This document shows, one piece after another, positions 1-11,057 of a stretch of DNA of 64,000 nt. The notes below the pieces were generated by a model. The model saw nothing but the letters and a program-made list of their open reading frames with translations, searched no databases and was not told the DNA's origin. This stretch comes from Octopus bimaculoides (lineage: Eukaryota), in contig NC_068981.1 of NCBI RefSeq assembly GCF_001194135.2, positions 38,359,615 through 38,423,614 of the forward strand. Reading direction: 5' to 3'. Within the stretch, counting starts at the first letter, position 1. Each line of letters begins with the position of its first letter. The translations under genes and the position numbers were made by a program.

Positions 1-310
1 CGGTGATCGATGCTATTGGAAGTTGCAGCACGGGTTTTCCATATAGTGCAGTTGTATTGAGTGGTTTCGGCAGACCAAGCCATTTTCTGATAAACACACT
101 GCATTTTTGTTCTATCCTTTCTACTCTACTCAAGGCTATTTCGTACATTTGCAATGGCCACATTATCCTTGGGTACAGTCCAAATTGCAGTATCCAACAT
201 TTGAATTTTCCCGGCAGTGTTGTTCTGTCAATTGCCTTCAATCCTTGTTCTACTAACTCGTGTGTCTCTTTCCCTTGCTTCTTATCATTTAATAAGTCTC
301 TATACCAATC
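1..310 (-). mobile_element. Hero-like (R2-superfamily, REL) non-LTR retrotransposon fragment, RT/thumb region; runs off the window edge
   Basis: Manual minus-strand translation is open for ~103 codons: DWYRDLLNDKKQGKETHELVEQGLKAIDRTTLPGKFKCWILQFGLYPRIMWPLQMYEIALSRVERIEQKCSVFIRKWLGLPKPLNTTALYGKPVLQLPIASIT. This matches the Hero-type pattern LPGKFK.W..Q.G..PR..WP...YE...WLGLP. It is not in the supplied ORF track. Confidence 0.75.
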
Positions 311-319
311 TTTTGGATT

Positions 320-790
320 TCATTTCTTTCCAGTCTTCTCAAGTTGTCTGCATTCAAGGCCCATATCTCACTACCATGCAGCATTGTATTTCTGACACAA
401 ACATCATATAATCTTCATTTCACTTTGCTCCTGAACTTTCAGAGCATCCACTTCCCTTGATGATTATATCTCCTAAGTTACAAAAGCTGTCAACTACATC
501 TAGTGAGCCATTTAGGCATTTATAAAAAACTCATTTTCTGGTGGCCTTATTCAAACTGTTCCAGTGCATCTACCATATATGAAGCTTACATTTTCGAATA
601 ATCTGACAGTGATTTCATTACATCGCTTATGTGTCCACAGCTTACATTGAGTACAGTGTTCAGTGTTTATATACCTACTTCTTTTCTGAATATCAAGCAA
701 TGTCATTTAAATGTCTGTACCAGGATCCACCCTTCTTTCTTACTTATTAAAACCTTTGACTTTGCTAGCTTCACAAATCCAGGTTTAGCT
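320..790 (-). mobile_element. RTE-clade LINE fragment (post-RT region), degenerate, with an internal deletion
   Basis: Minus-strand pieces CTQCKLWTHKRC, LDVVDSFCNLGDII..GSGCSES and LYDVCVRNTMLHGSEIWALNADNLRRLERNE parallel the plus-strand RTE at 1155-3265. Confidence 0.7.
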
Positions 791-919
791 GCCATTTCTG
801 GAATGTTCCCATGGATTCAGCAATGAGAACTAGATCATTAACATATAGGAATTCCCAAAGACAGTCAGTCTTAAACTCCTCTGTGATGACTTATAGGGGT
901 ATGATAAATAGTAGAAGAT

Positions 920-1145
920 TTTGTATATATCCCATTCTCTTTTCATTTCCTCCTTGAGGCTCTGGGTCCTGATGTCAGCCTTTGCCTCATCATCCTATGT
1001 CTTCCTGGGTCTTCCTTGTCTACAAGCTGAAGCCATGTCAGGAAGGGCATCCAGCCACAGAAACCATGCCAAATTAGACTGGAGTCTGGTGCAGCCCCTC
1101 AGCTTACCATCCTTTGTCAAACCATCCAACCCATGCTAGCATGGG
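920..1145. mobile_element. Inverted junction of an RTE C-terminal fragment (-, ~920-1025) and a partial RTE 3' tail (+, ~1035-1145)
   Basis: Minus strand reads QGRPRKT*DDEAKADIR. Plus strand carries aggaagggcatccagcc...ccaacccatgctagcatgg, shared with other tails in the window. Confidence 0.55.
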
Positions 1146-1154
1146 CAGAAGACG

Positions 1155-3265
1155 GGAAAGCCCTTGGCCCATCAGGAATCACTGCTGTGATGCTAAAGAT
1201 ATCTGGCGGTGTAGGCTACAGTCTAGTAACCCATGTAGTCAACCAGGTAATACATGAAGAAGTCATACCCAATGACTGGTAAAGCAGCACAATAGTCAAC
1301 TGCTACAAAGGAAAAGGTGATGCATTAGATACAAATAATTACAGAAGTATCAAGTTGTTGGATCAGGTGATGAAAGTCACAGAGAGAGTCACAGCCCAAC
1401 TAATTAGGGAGAGAATTTAGATGAGATACAGCTTGGGTTTGTGCCAGTGAAAAGCACCACTGATGCTATATTTCTGGTAAGACAGCTGCAGGAGAAATTC
1501 CCAGCCAAATAAAAACTTCTGTACTTTGCTTTCTTGACATAGAGAAAGCCTTTGAGAGCATCCACCACTCCCTTATCTGGTGGAAACTATGGATAGATAA
1601 GTGGTTGGTGAGAGCTGTACAAGCCACATGCAGGGATGCTGTCAATAAGGTGATGGTTGGCAATGAGTATTGTGAAGAACTTCAGGTAGGGGTCCACCAA
1701 GGATCAGTCCTCAGCCCCCTCTTATTCGTCATAGTCCTCCAAGCAATAACAGCAGAATTCAAGACAGGCTGGCCTTGGGAGCTCCTCTATGCTGATGACC
1801 TTGCTTTAATAGCTGAGTTATTACCAGTACTAGAGAAGAAGTTTCTGGTGTGGGAGCAATGTCTAGAATTGAAGGGCTTAGAGTCAACCAAGCAAAAACC
1901 CAAAGTCTAAGTAGTAGGAAGATGGAGAAATCACAAATCCCTTCAGGTAGATGGCCTTGCTCGATTTGTAGAAAAGGCATTGGTAGTAACTCCATAAGAC
2001 GTACCGGATATAAATTAAGGACACATGAGAGGTGCAGCAATATCAAAAGAAAGTTAACTGGGAAGATAGTTTTTGTGTGGCAGATGCATTGGAGCAATAA
2101 ACACCAAAGATGTACAGAAAACAGATTCCATCATATGCTAGAGGAAAAAACTTGAGGTAGTTGATAGTAGGTGACCAAGTCAATATTGGAGGTGGATGCT
2201 CTGACAGCGTAGCTGCTAGAATAAGAATAACCTGGGTGAAGTTCAGAGAGCTCCTACCTCTGTTGGTAACAAAGGGCCTCTCACTCAGAGTGAAAGGTAG
2301 ACTCTATGATGCATGTGTGTGAACAGCCATGCTACACAGCAGTGTATCATGGGCTGTGACTGCTGAGGACATGCATAGGCTTGAAAAAAAAAAGCTAGTA
2401 AGCTCCGCTGGATGTGTAATATCTGTGTGCATACACAACAGAGTGTAAGTGCCTTGAGAGAAAAGTTAGACCTAAGAAGCATCAGATGTGGTGTGCAAGA
2501 GAGACGACAGCACTGGTATGGTCATGTGTTTCGTATGGATGAGGGTAGCTGTGAAGAAGTGTCACACCCTAACAGTAGAGGGAATTTGTGGAGGAGGTAG
2601 ACTCAGAAATACATGAGATGAGGTGGTGAAGCGCAACCTTCGAACATTGGGCCTCACAGGGGCAATGACAAGTGACAGAAACCTTTAGAGATATGTTGTG
2701 CTTGAGAAGACTCAGCAAATCAAGTGAGATCGTAGTTGTGGCCGATGTCAATGTTGCATAACTGGCACATTTAAAAGTACCCTTCAGTTGTCCAGCAATA
2801 TGCTGTGCTTGCGAAGACCTGTTGAGTCGAGTGAAATCATAGTCATGGCTGATGCTAGTGATGCCTGACTGGCACCCATGCTGGTGGCATATAAAAAGCA
2901 CCACTCAAGCTTGGTTGATGCCAGTACTGCCTGACTGGCTTCCGTGCCAGTAGCACATAAAATCTACCATTCAAGTATGGTCGATGCTAGTGCCACTTGA
3001 CTGACTCCCATGGCACGTAAAAGGCCCCATTCGAGCATGGTCAATGCCAGCTCTGCTTGACTGGCTCCCATGCCAGTGGTACCCAAAAAAGCATCCACTA
3101 TACGCTTGGAGTGGTTGGCGTTAGGAAGGGCATCCAGCTGTAGAAACCTTGCCAGATCAGATTGGAGCCTGATGCATCCTCCTGGTTTGCCAGTCCTCTT
3201 TCAAACCATCCAATTCATGCCAGCATGGAAAGTGAACATTAAACAATGATGATGATGATGATATA
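1155..3265 (+). mobile_element. 5'-truncated, frameshifted RTE-clade LINE (RT, thumb, 3' UTR ending in (GAT)n)
   Basis: KALGPSGITAVMLK; YKGKGDALDTNNYRSIKLLD; QGSVLSPLLFVIVL; WELLYADDL (RT catalytic motif); cysteine-rich insert WPCSICRKG; 3' UTR with ~60-bp internal repeats and gatgatgat tail at ~3246-3262. Confidence 0.9.
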
Positions 3266-3274
3266 TATATATAT

Positions 3275-3846
3275 CGAAATCGAACCAAATTCGATGACTG
3301 GCACCCATGCCAACTGCTCCTTCATTGGACACTTAACTCTGCTTGCAAAGACCTGTTGGGGCAAGTGAAATCGAAATCAAACCAAATTCGATGACTCGCA
3401 CCCATGCCAGTGGAGTGCTAACAGCACCATCCAAGCATGATCATTGGCAGAGCAGCTGTCTGGCTTCTGTGCCATTGGCATGTAAAAAGCACTATTTGAG
3501 TGTGATCGTTACCGGTGTCACCTTACTGGCATTTGTGCCAGTGGCATGTGAAAATACATTCGAGCCAGGTCATTGCCAGTGCCGCTGGACTGGCTTGGTG
3601 CAGGTGGCACATAAAAAACACCATTTGAGCATGGCCGTTTGCCAGTACCACTTGATGCACGTAAAAGCACCCACTACACTCTCGGAGTGGTTGGCATTAG
3701 GAAGGGCATTCAGCCGTAGAAACTCTGCCAGATTAGACTGGAGCCTGGTGCAGCCATCTGGTTCGCCAGTCCTCAGTCAAATCGTACAACCCATGCTAGC
3801 ATGGAAAGCGGATGCTAAACGATGAGGAGGAGGAGGAGGATGATGA
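3275..3846 (+). mobile_element. Second, tandem copy of the RTE 3' UTR with (GAG/GAT)n tail
   Basis: Repeats the ggcacgtaaaagcacc, gttggcattaggaagggcat and ccatgctagcatggaaagcgg motifs of 2790-3262. Confidence 0.8.
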
Positions 3847-5116
3847 TATATATATACACAGAAAATATAATGCCTGAAATAATCAAAATAATTATTAATG
3901 ATGTTGAAGTGATAATGACTAATAATATAAAAATGTTCTGTTTTATCATTATACTACAAGAGACACCTCTCAATAAATGCAAGTTTTTAGTATCATTGAT
4001 TCACTACTTGTATCACAATTATATCTTAAAACATGATGCCTGTATGTTTGTGCAAATATATGATTAAATAAATGCTTGGGAGAACAACTCATTACTAAAG
4101 TTTTACCTCTTTAATAATGCTAATATAGCTCTACTTCTAGACATAAACATTTCAATTAAAAACAATAGATACATTACATCATTTTATACAAATGACACAA
4201 GCAAATGCATACCTACATAGCAATAGTGAATGCTCACACATCTACAAAATGTTAGTTATAAAAATCACTACTTGGGAGAGTATCAAGCTTCTCTTACACA
4301 AATGAAACACTAGACAAAAAATTCCACAGATTAAGACAAAGACTAATAATGGATTTTCAAACGAACTAGCAGGTCAACCTACTGATGGATGTAGACAAAT
4401 ACAATGCATTAATCTCATTAGGCAATACCTTTACTAAAATACACATAATACATACACAGTGTATTATTTGAAACAAATGCATACAAGGTGCTGGACATAC
4501 AAACACATAATCAAAAATCACTTAGAATAAAGTACAAAAGACATCACTATAAAACATAAGTTGACACTTGTAATATATTACAAAAAAATATGATCATAAG
4601 TCTACTTATTAACAACATACAATAGTTATGTAAGCCTTAAAATGATCAATAGTATTGACAAATTTCACCATAAAAGTGAAAGTAGAATATTTCACAATTG
4701 TTATATTAACTAGACTGGAAAAATACTACAGTAGATTTACCATGCATTTAAAACAAGGAGTAATTTCAACAATACACTATAGACCATAAAACAAAGCTAC
4801 ATAGAAAAACTTTAAGAGAAAATACTTTCATACTTTTTAGAATTCCCCACAGAAATAGAAAACTGATTACATTAGTAATAATTGTATAAAACCACAAATT
4901 TGCCATGTATGCATAACATATATGTGTTGCAACTAGAAATCTTACATGGAGTACACTAATGCTCAAACAGTCAAGTTTTAGTAGAGAAATTTATATAACT
5001 GTGAGGCACCTGCTATAAAAAGGGTAGTATAGAAGCCGAAATCACTTCACATTCTAAAGATGAGGTTACGATAGCCTGAAAAGGTTGAGGAAAATGAATT
5101 TCAAAATGAATGTATA

Positions 5117-6580
5117 TGGTTGCCATCTGTAGCCAGCAATTGTCCTGTACTAAGGAAGAGAAATAACCCAGAAACCATTGGTCTACAGGTATCACTAAGG
5201 CTAGAAAGGGAGCAACAAACTTCTTTGCTCACAGTGTATTGACACAGACCAGGTGCTGGTAGCCAGCTAGAAAAGTTGTTTTCCTGGGGCTAAAAAGTAA
5301 TAACATCATCCTGTGTAGGCCTGCTACACTGTGTTGGTAAATAGATTTTACATAGACTTCACAGTACGGTACTGTTACTACATATTTTTTGCTCAGAGAT
5401 TTAAAACTAGTTGTTTTTCTCTTTATGAGATCAGCCACTGTGTGTTGCTTTAAATTTATATACTGTGATCAAGGTCAAGTGGTTACCATCTCTAGCCAAT
5501 GATTGTCCTGTACCAAGAAAGGGAAATAACCCAGAAACCATTGGTGTTATAACGGTAATATTATCAAACTTATATGGTGATTATTCTCCCGAGTAGGCTT
5601 TGTAATCAACGTTAGTTGGTCATCAATTTATAACGTGTTCGAACATGGAAAAGATAATAAATACATATTTTTTTTGAGTAGGAATCTATGGTGATACACC
5701 CATCACTTATCACTTAATTATACGTATTATCACTATACATAAATCTTAACTCAGGCTGTGTAAATGCTGTGATGGATTATACACATCAAGACGCTGAACG
5801 TGCATATATGTTGAAGATAAATAATGCTTGCTCTTTTTCACCGCAATGATAACAGTTTCATAGTTGCAGAAATAAATTTCATCAACAGGTTGAAGAAAAT
5901 GAAGAAAAAAAAAATATTCACTAAATTAGTTTATTTACGTACATTTAATATTTACAGTATTTCATAAGTCAAAAAAATTGTCATAGAGAATTATGACAAA
6001 ATTTATATTAACTAATTCTTCCATACTAAGCTAATAGAGTTTTGCACAACAATTCAGAAAAGCCTTGTTGAATTAAGTAATAGACATGGCATAGCAATAG
6101 TCAATATCTCAAGAGAGTGAATGACGTGGAAATGAGTGACAACCAACACACACTGAGAGTAAGTGTCGTGGAGTTGATTGACAACCGACAATCACTGAGT
6201 GTGAGTGTCATGGAGTCGACGGACAACCAATGATCACTGATTAATTTCCCAAAAATCAGGGTTTTTATAACTGTTCATACCTGAATTCTAAGAACTGTAT
6301 TTCGTGAAAGGTTTCTCTTTGAAGAAAGTTTAGAATCCAAATATGGGCAGTAATTTTAACTAACAATTATACCTAATTGGGCAATATGACCATTATGTCA
6401 TATTACTACTGTTACAGGTTTATTATGACTACAGTGTAAAGGTACTGTTAAGGCTAGAAAGGGAGCAACAAACCATGTGTTGGTAGCCAGCTCGAAAAGA
6501 GGTTTTCCTAAGGCTAAAAAGTAGTAACATTGTCCTGCATAGGACTGGTACATTGTGTTGGCAAATAGACTTTACTATAT
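5117..6580 (+). repeat. Local diverged direct repeats: 5117-5183 ~ 5482-5546, and ~5197-5350 ~ 6448-6580
   Basis: Shared strings aaataacccagaaaccattggt and taaggctagaaagggagcaacaaac...ctaaaaagta.taac. Confidence 0.7.
6113..6238. repeat. Minisatellite, 3 x 42 bp
   Basis: gagagtgaatgacgtggaaatgagtgacaaccaacacacact / gagagtaagtgtcgtggagttgattgacaaccgacaatcact / gagtgtgagtgtcatggagtcgacggacaaccaatgatcact. Confidence 0.85.
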
Positions 6581-6750
6581 GTGTGTGTGTGTGTGTGTGT
6601 GTGTATGTTTGTATTGTATGTATATATATATTTATATGTATATATATATATATATATATATGTATACATACAATACACAAACATACACACACACACACAT
6701 ATAGTAAAGTCTATTTGCCAACACAATGTACCAGTCCTATGCAGGACAAT
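6529..6750. repeat. Fold-back inverted repeat centred on a (TA)n tract
   Basis: 6529-6590 is the exact reverse complement of 6689-6750; the inner microsatellite portions are also roughly mirrored. Confidence 0.9.
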
Positions 6751-6951
6751 ATTTATTTATATATATATATATATATATACATACACACGCACACACATGC
6801 TTTGTGGCTTTTGAGTTGTTTTAACTCTTGTTTTTAGCAATAGTGGTACTAGTGAATACCTTCTGTCATGTTTGGCATCTCTATTAATTTTGCGTTTTGG
6901 CTCAAATTGCTAACAAACCACTCATTTCATTTGTTATATATATATATATGC

Positions 6952-7078
6952 ACTTACCTCTGCTGGTGACAAAGGGCCTCTTTCTCAGAGTAAAAGGTGG
7001 ACTGTATGACGCATGTGTACGAACAGCCATGTTTCATGGCAGAGAAACATGGGCCGTGACTGCTGATATGTATAGACA
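6952..7078 (+). mobile_element. Short RTE LINE fragment
   Basis: LPLLVTKGLFLRVKGGLYDACVRTAMFHGRETWAVTAD, same region as ~2255-2370. Confidence 0.8.
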
Positions 7079-7149
7079 AATCAAAAATTATATATTCTAT
7101 ATATATATTTATTTATTTATGTGTTTCAGCCAAGTGGCTGCAGTCGGAA

Positions 7150-7602
7150 AGTAAAAAATTATCCACACTTTAGTCATTACATATCTTTATTATTGTCACA
7201 CTGCCTTCTGTGCATGCATTCTTATAGTTGGTACTATTGTGGTCACATGATCGAAGTTCGAGCCTGATCATGCCATTTTTTCTTTCTGGCTTTACAGTGT
7301 AACCATGGCCACGCCACCAGTAATGTGCACCAAAGAAGTACAAAGAGCAGTGATTCAATTTCTTTGGTTGGAAGGTGTGTCAAGTGCTTGAAAATCATCC
7401 ACTGAGCTCAGCTTCCATAAAGTCTGAGCAAGATGGGGGCCAAGAGAGCTTACTACAGATCACAAGTGAAAAATGGCATGATCAGTCTCAAACTTCGATC
7501 ATGTGACTACAATAGTACCAACTATAAGCATGCATATGCAGAAGGTAGTGTGACAATAATAAAAATACGTTATGGTGAAAGGGCGGATAATTTCCCCTCA
7601 TA
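7150..7602 (+). mobile_element. Mariner-derived non-autonomous element with ~125-bp terminal inverted repeats
   Basis: 7156-7280 is inverted at 7468-7592 (high identity). Internal 7323-7390 reads MCTKEVQRAVIQFLWLEGVS, like a mariner transposase N-terminus. The right end is cccctca followed by TA. Confidence 0.75.
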
Positions 7603-8136
7603 TATATATGAAATATATATATGTATATATTTATGAGTGTGTGTGTTTGTGTTTGTGTGAGTGTGTGCGTGTGGTGACCAAAAAGTAATAGTTTAGTCAG
7701 ATTAACATGATTCTCTGCTTAAAACATGTAATTTCTCAGAGCCACTTACACCTTTTTAAAGTCTTAATATATATGTGTACACGTGTGGGTGTGTGTATGT
7801 GAATGTATATGGGTGCCAGTGATGGGTGTCAAACATATTCATTAATATTTTCCAATAATCTAATACAGGGTGTGAAAAGCAAACAAACAAAATGAACTTA
7901 ATATTTCTAAGATTTAAATTTCATGTCATATTTCAAACTTGTTCAATTAAAAACAGGAAATTTTGATTTAAATCCAAGGAAATTATTTTATATTTGAACT
8001 TTTTATATGGAAACTTTTAAATATTACATTTCCTTTAGCTGTGAATCACTTTATTCATATGCTATCATTTCTCAAATTCTCTTCTAATGTACATTATATA
8101 ATACAAATTTTTTTCATACATCATAAATATTTTTAG

Positions 8137-8217
8137 GCCTTCCATTTAATCTGTTCAAGTGCATCAAATCTACAGAGAGAAGATGGTTTTCTTACAAAAA
8201 TTGCTTCTTGTTTTAAG
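8137..8217 (+). CDS. Possible isolated coding exon (81 nt, phase 0-0), unidentified
   Basis: tttttag acceptor, AAG|GTTTGT donor, one open frame AFHLICSSASNLQREDGFLTKIASCFK; no homology recognised. Confidence 0.2.
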
Positions 8218-8774
8218 GTTTGTATCACAGAATTAATAAACTACTTCAATGTTATTCAGTTCCGCTGGATCTTGCAAAAGATCCCTCTTCTCCGCCGAAA
8301 TTACATGAAAAATCCCAACCATGCTTCCATGATGTTTCAATGAAATGAAATTGAAAGTATGAGTATTATATTTAATACCAACTACTTGTATTGTTAAATA
8401 TTACTTCTAAAAAAAAGCTATGTATGCTAAACAAGGTGCCTTCACAGGAAATTGTATTCAAAAATTATTTATGTACTACTTAAACTATTGTCTTATAAAA
8501 AAAACTATGTAATTTGCCTTCTAAGCATCAGGGACATTTTAGAGGTTAATAGTTAGTTTTGGCTTCATGGAATGAGACAAACATGAGAAAAATCTAGAAA
8601 ATAGGGCAGCAATGTATTCTAAGTATTGAGTATTCCAACTATCTAGATAAAATGAAGTACCATGGAATAAATTATTTTGCTCAGAAACAAAACAAAAACA
8701 ATCATTTTGAACTTATGACTTTACAGTTGTTCTTCCAGATCTCGATTACTGGGAATGTTATTTAAAAAGCACTC

Positions 8775-8935
8775 AGCCTACTCTGTGGGGTGATTGGTGT
8801 TAGGAAGGGCCTCTCCCCTTAAAAACCATTCCAAAACAGACAGAAATATAGTGCAGTCTTCTGCCTGGCCAGCTCCCGTCAAATCGTCCAACTTATGTCA
8901 ACATGGAAGGAGGATGTTAAACGATGATGATGATA
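8775..8935 (+). mobile_element. RTE-type 3' tail fragment ending in (GAT)n
   Basis: ggtgttaggaagggc...gtcaaatcgtccaacttatgtcaacatggaagg...gatgatgatg. Confidence 0.7.
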
Positions 8936-8939
8936 TATA

Positions 8940-9330
8940 TTCCTTTGTTCTTTTATTTGCTTCAGTCATTTGACTGCAGCCATGCTGGAGCACTGCCTTG
9001 AAAAGTTTTAATCAAACAAATCGACCCCAGGACATATTATTTGTAAGACTAGTACTTATTCTATTGGTGCCGAACTGCTAATGAACGGGGACATAAACAC
9101 ACCAGGATCGGTTATCAAGTGATGGCAGGGAAGTAGGGGGGGGGATAAACACAGATACATAGACACACACACACATACGATAGATACGACAAGCTTCTTT
9201 AAGTTTCCATTTACCAAATCCACTCACAAGGCCTTGGTTGGCCTGAGGCTATAGTAAGATGTCATGCATTGGGACTGAACCCAGGACAATGTGGTTGGGA
9301 AGCAAGCTTCTTATCACAGCCAGCCATGGT
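8940..9330 (-). mobile_element. tRNA-derived SINE, family A (CORE-like)
   Basis: Minus-strand head gctgtgataagaagcttgcttcccaaccac...gggttcagtccc (B-box-like), body ...gaggccaaccaaggccttgtgagtggatttgg, internal microsatellite, tail ...cagcatggctgcagtcaaatgactgaagc; many copies in the window. Confidence 0.8.
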
Positions 9331-9571
9331 GAATTTATACATGATGTTCCATGTTGTAGGTCACAATTTTGCACCTATGTAGAAGGAATTTTGCATAAAA
9401 GTACATCACCCTAAGATTATCAGCAATGCAATTTTTTCCTATTATTCTGTATAAATACAGACAAGACAAAGCCGGTATTCTTGCATGTGCCACTATAAAT
9501 CTGAATATTACATAATCAATTAAGAGCATGGCTACTAACCCCAAGACTCAGAGTTCAATTTCCGACAGTGA

Positions 9572-9575
<4 letters not shown>

Positions 9576-9635
<60 letters not shown>

Positions 9636-9650
9636 GTAATAAAAATAATA
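9576..9650 (+). repeat. (AAT)n microsatellite
   Basis: Direct reading. Confidence 0.95.
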
Positions 9651-9659
9651 AATAATAAA

Positions 9660-10866
9660 AAATTCGCTACTGAACTTACATACAAAAACACCATAATCGG
9701 ACCTTGAAACAACCAACGATTGGACGCTGAAACTTGTTGAAAAACATGAATGACCGAAAAAAACTTCACTCTATTCTGAAAGAGAGCAAAAAATTTGCTA
9801 CTGATCTCTTAGATACCCATCAGCTTGGTCAGGTTGAAGGAAATTCACCAACTGCTGCTGCAAATAAAATAAGATTAATTGCAAAGACAAGAGCACATGA
9901 AAAATTAGCTAGCAGATGGGAACAGAAACCTCTTCATGGCAAGTATGTGGCCCATAGCAAACAAGCTGATGTCGACCAGAAACACACGCATCAATGGTTA
10001 CGAAGCTCAGGACTAAAAGCAGAGAGTGAAGGTTTCATATTAGCTGCTCAAGACCAAAGCTTATTAACCTAGAACTACCAAGCCAATGTGATAAAAAATA
10101 GAGCTGACCCAAAATGCTGATTCTGTAATGATGACATTGAAACTATAGACCACCTAATCTCAGGGTGTAGAGTCTTAGCACCTATAGAATATAAAGCAAG
10201 ACATGACAGAGTCGGCCAGTATTTACACTGGACAATATGTCGGCATTATAAAATCAAAACTACTGACAAATGGTATAAACACCATCCTGAAGCTGTGACT
10301 GAGGGAGAAAATGTATCGATTCTCTGGGACTTCCCCGTACATACTGAAAAGGCTATAAAAGCTAATAAACTGGATATTATTATAAAAGATCAGACAAAGA
10401 AGATGTGTTTATTAATTGACATGAATATTCCTTATGATCATAATATAGCAGCGAAAGAATCTGACAAGATCAGTAAATATAAAGACTTGCTGATAGAATT
10501 TGAAAAAATGTGGCATCTCAAGGTGACTACCATACCAGTGATTGTAAGATCTCTAGGAATGACAAAAAAAGGTACTGAAACCTATTTGAAAATGATACCA
10601 GGCTTACCATTCCTACAGGAAGTGCAAAAAATGGTGTTAACTGGAACAACTCATGTACCGAGAAGAGCATTATTGCTGTGAAAACAACATCCATTCGTGA
10701 ATTTATTTTTTTAAATATATATTTTACCTGCGATTTTGCGTGTGTAAACTGGGAATGCATACAATGAGCTCCTCTGCCCTAGGTGTACGGAAAACACTCG
10801 GTGGGAAATGGAAGAAAATTTGAAGAAAGAAGAGAAAAAAACAACAACATAATAATAATAATAACA
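9660..10866 (+). mobile_element. 5'-truncated R4/Dong-clade LINE (post-RT region, CCHC knuckle, restriction-like endonuclease, 3' UTR, TAA tail)
   Basis: WEQKPLHGKY; WLRSSGLKAESEGFILAAQDQSL; C*FCNDDIETIDHLISGC; RHDRVGQYLHW; ILWDFPVHTEKAIKANKLDIIIKD..CLLIDMNIPYD..KESDKISKYKDL; a few stops. Confidence 0.9.
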
Positions 10867-10914
10867 AAGACAAATACCTTAGGAATGAGAACCCAGGTTC
10901 GAAATTTCCCCAAG

Positions 10915-10924
10915 NNNNNNNNNN
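10915..10924. other. Assembly gap with an 88-bp exact duplication on both sides (10827-10914 = 10925-11012)
   Basis: Identical flanks around 10 Ns, typical of an unmerged contig overlap. Confidence 0.9.
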
Positions 10925-11011
10925 AAGAAGAGAAAAAAACAACAACATAATAATAATAATAACAAAGACAAATACCTTAGGAATGAGAACCCAGGTTCGA
11001 AATTTCCCCAA

Positions 11012-11057
11012 GACACCTGATGAAGGCTGGAGGGTGTATCAGCCGAAATGTTGTGTT
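11012..11057 (+). ncRNA. Minimal type-I hammerhead ribozyme motif
   Basis: Stem I GACAC/GTGTT; core CTGATGA (11017-11023) plus an extra A; stem II GGCTG/CAGCC; GAAA (11045-11048); loopless stem III ATGT; predicted cleavage after GUU at 11052. Confidence 0.7.

Noticed and set aside
1785-1800. CTGATGA as a hammerhead core
   Set aside because: It is the YADD codons of the RT; there is no stem II or GAAA.
9512-9575. Functional tRNA gene (apparent ACT anticodon loop)
   Set aside because: The acceptor stem is absent, the anticodon stem is shortened, and it runs directly into (AAT)n; interpreted as a SINE head.
10827-11012. 88-bp tandem duplication
   Set aside because: The copies are identical and separated by a 10-N gap, so this is almost certainly a scaffolding overlap artefact.
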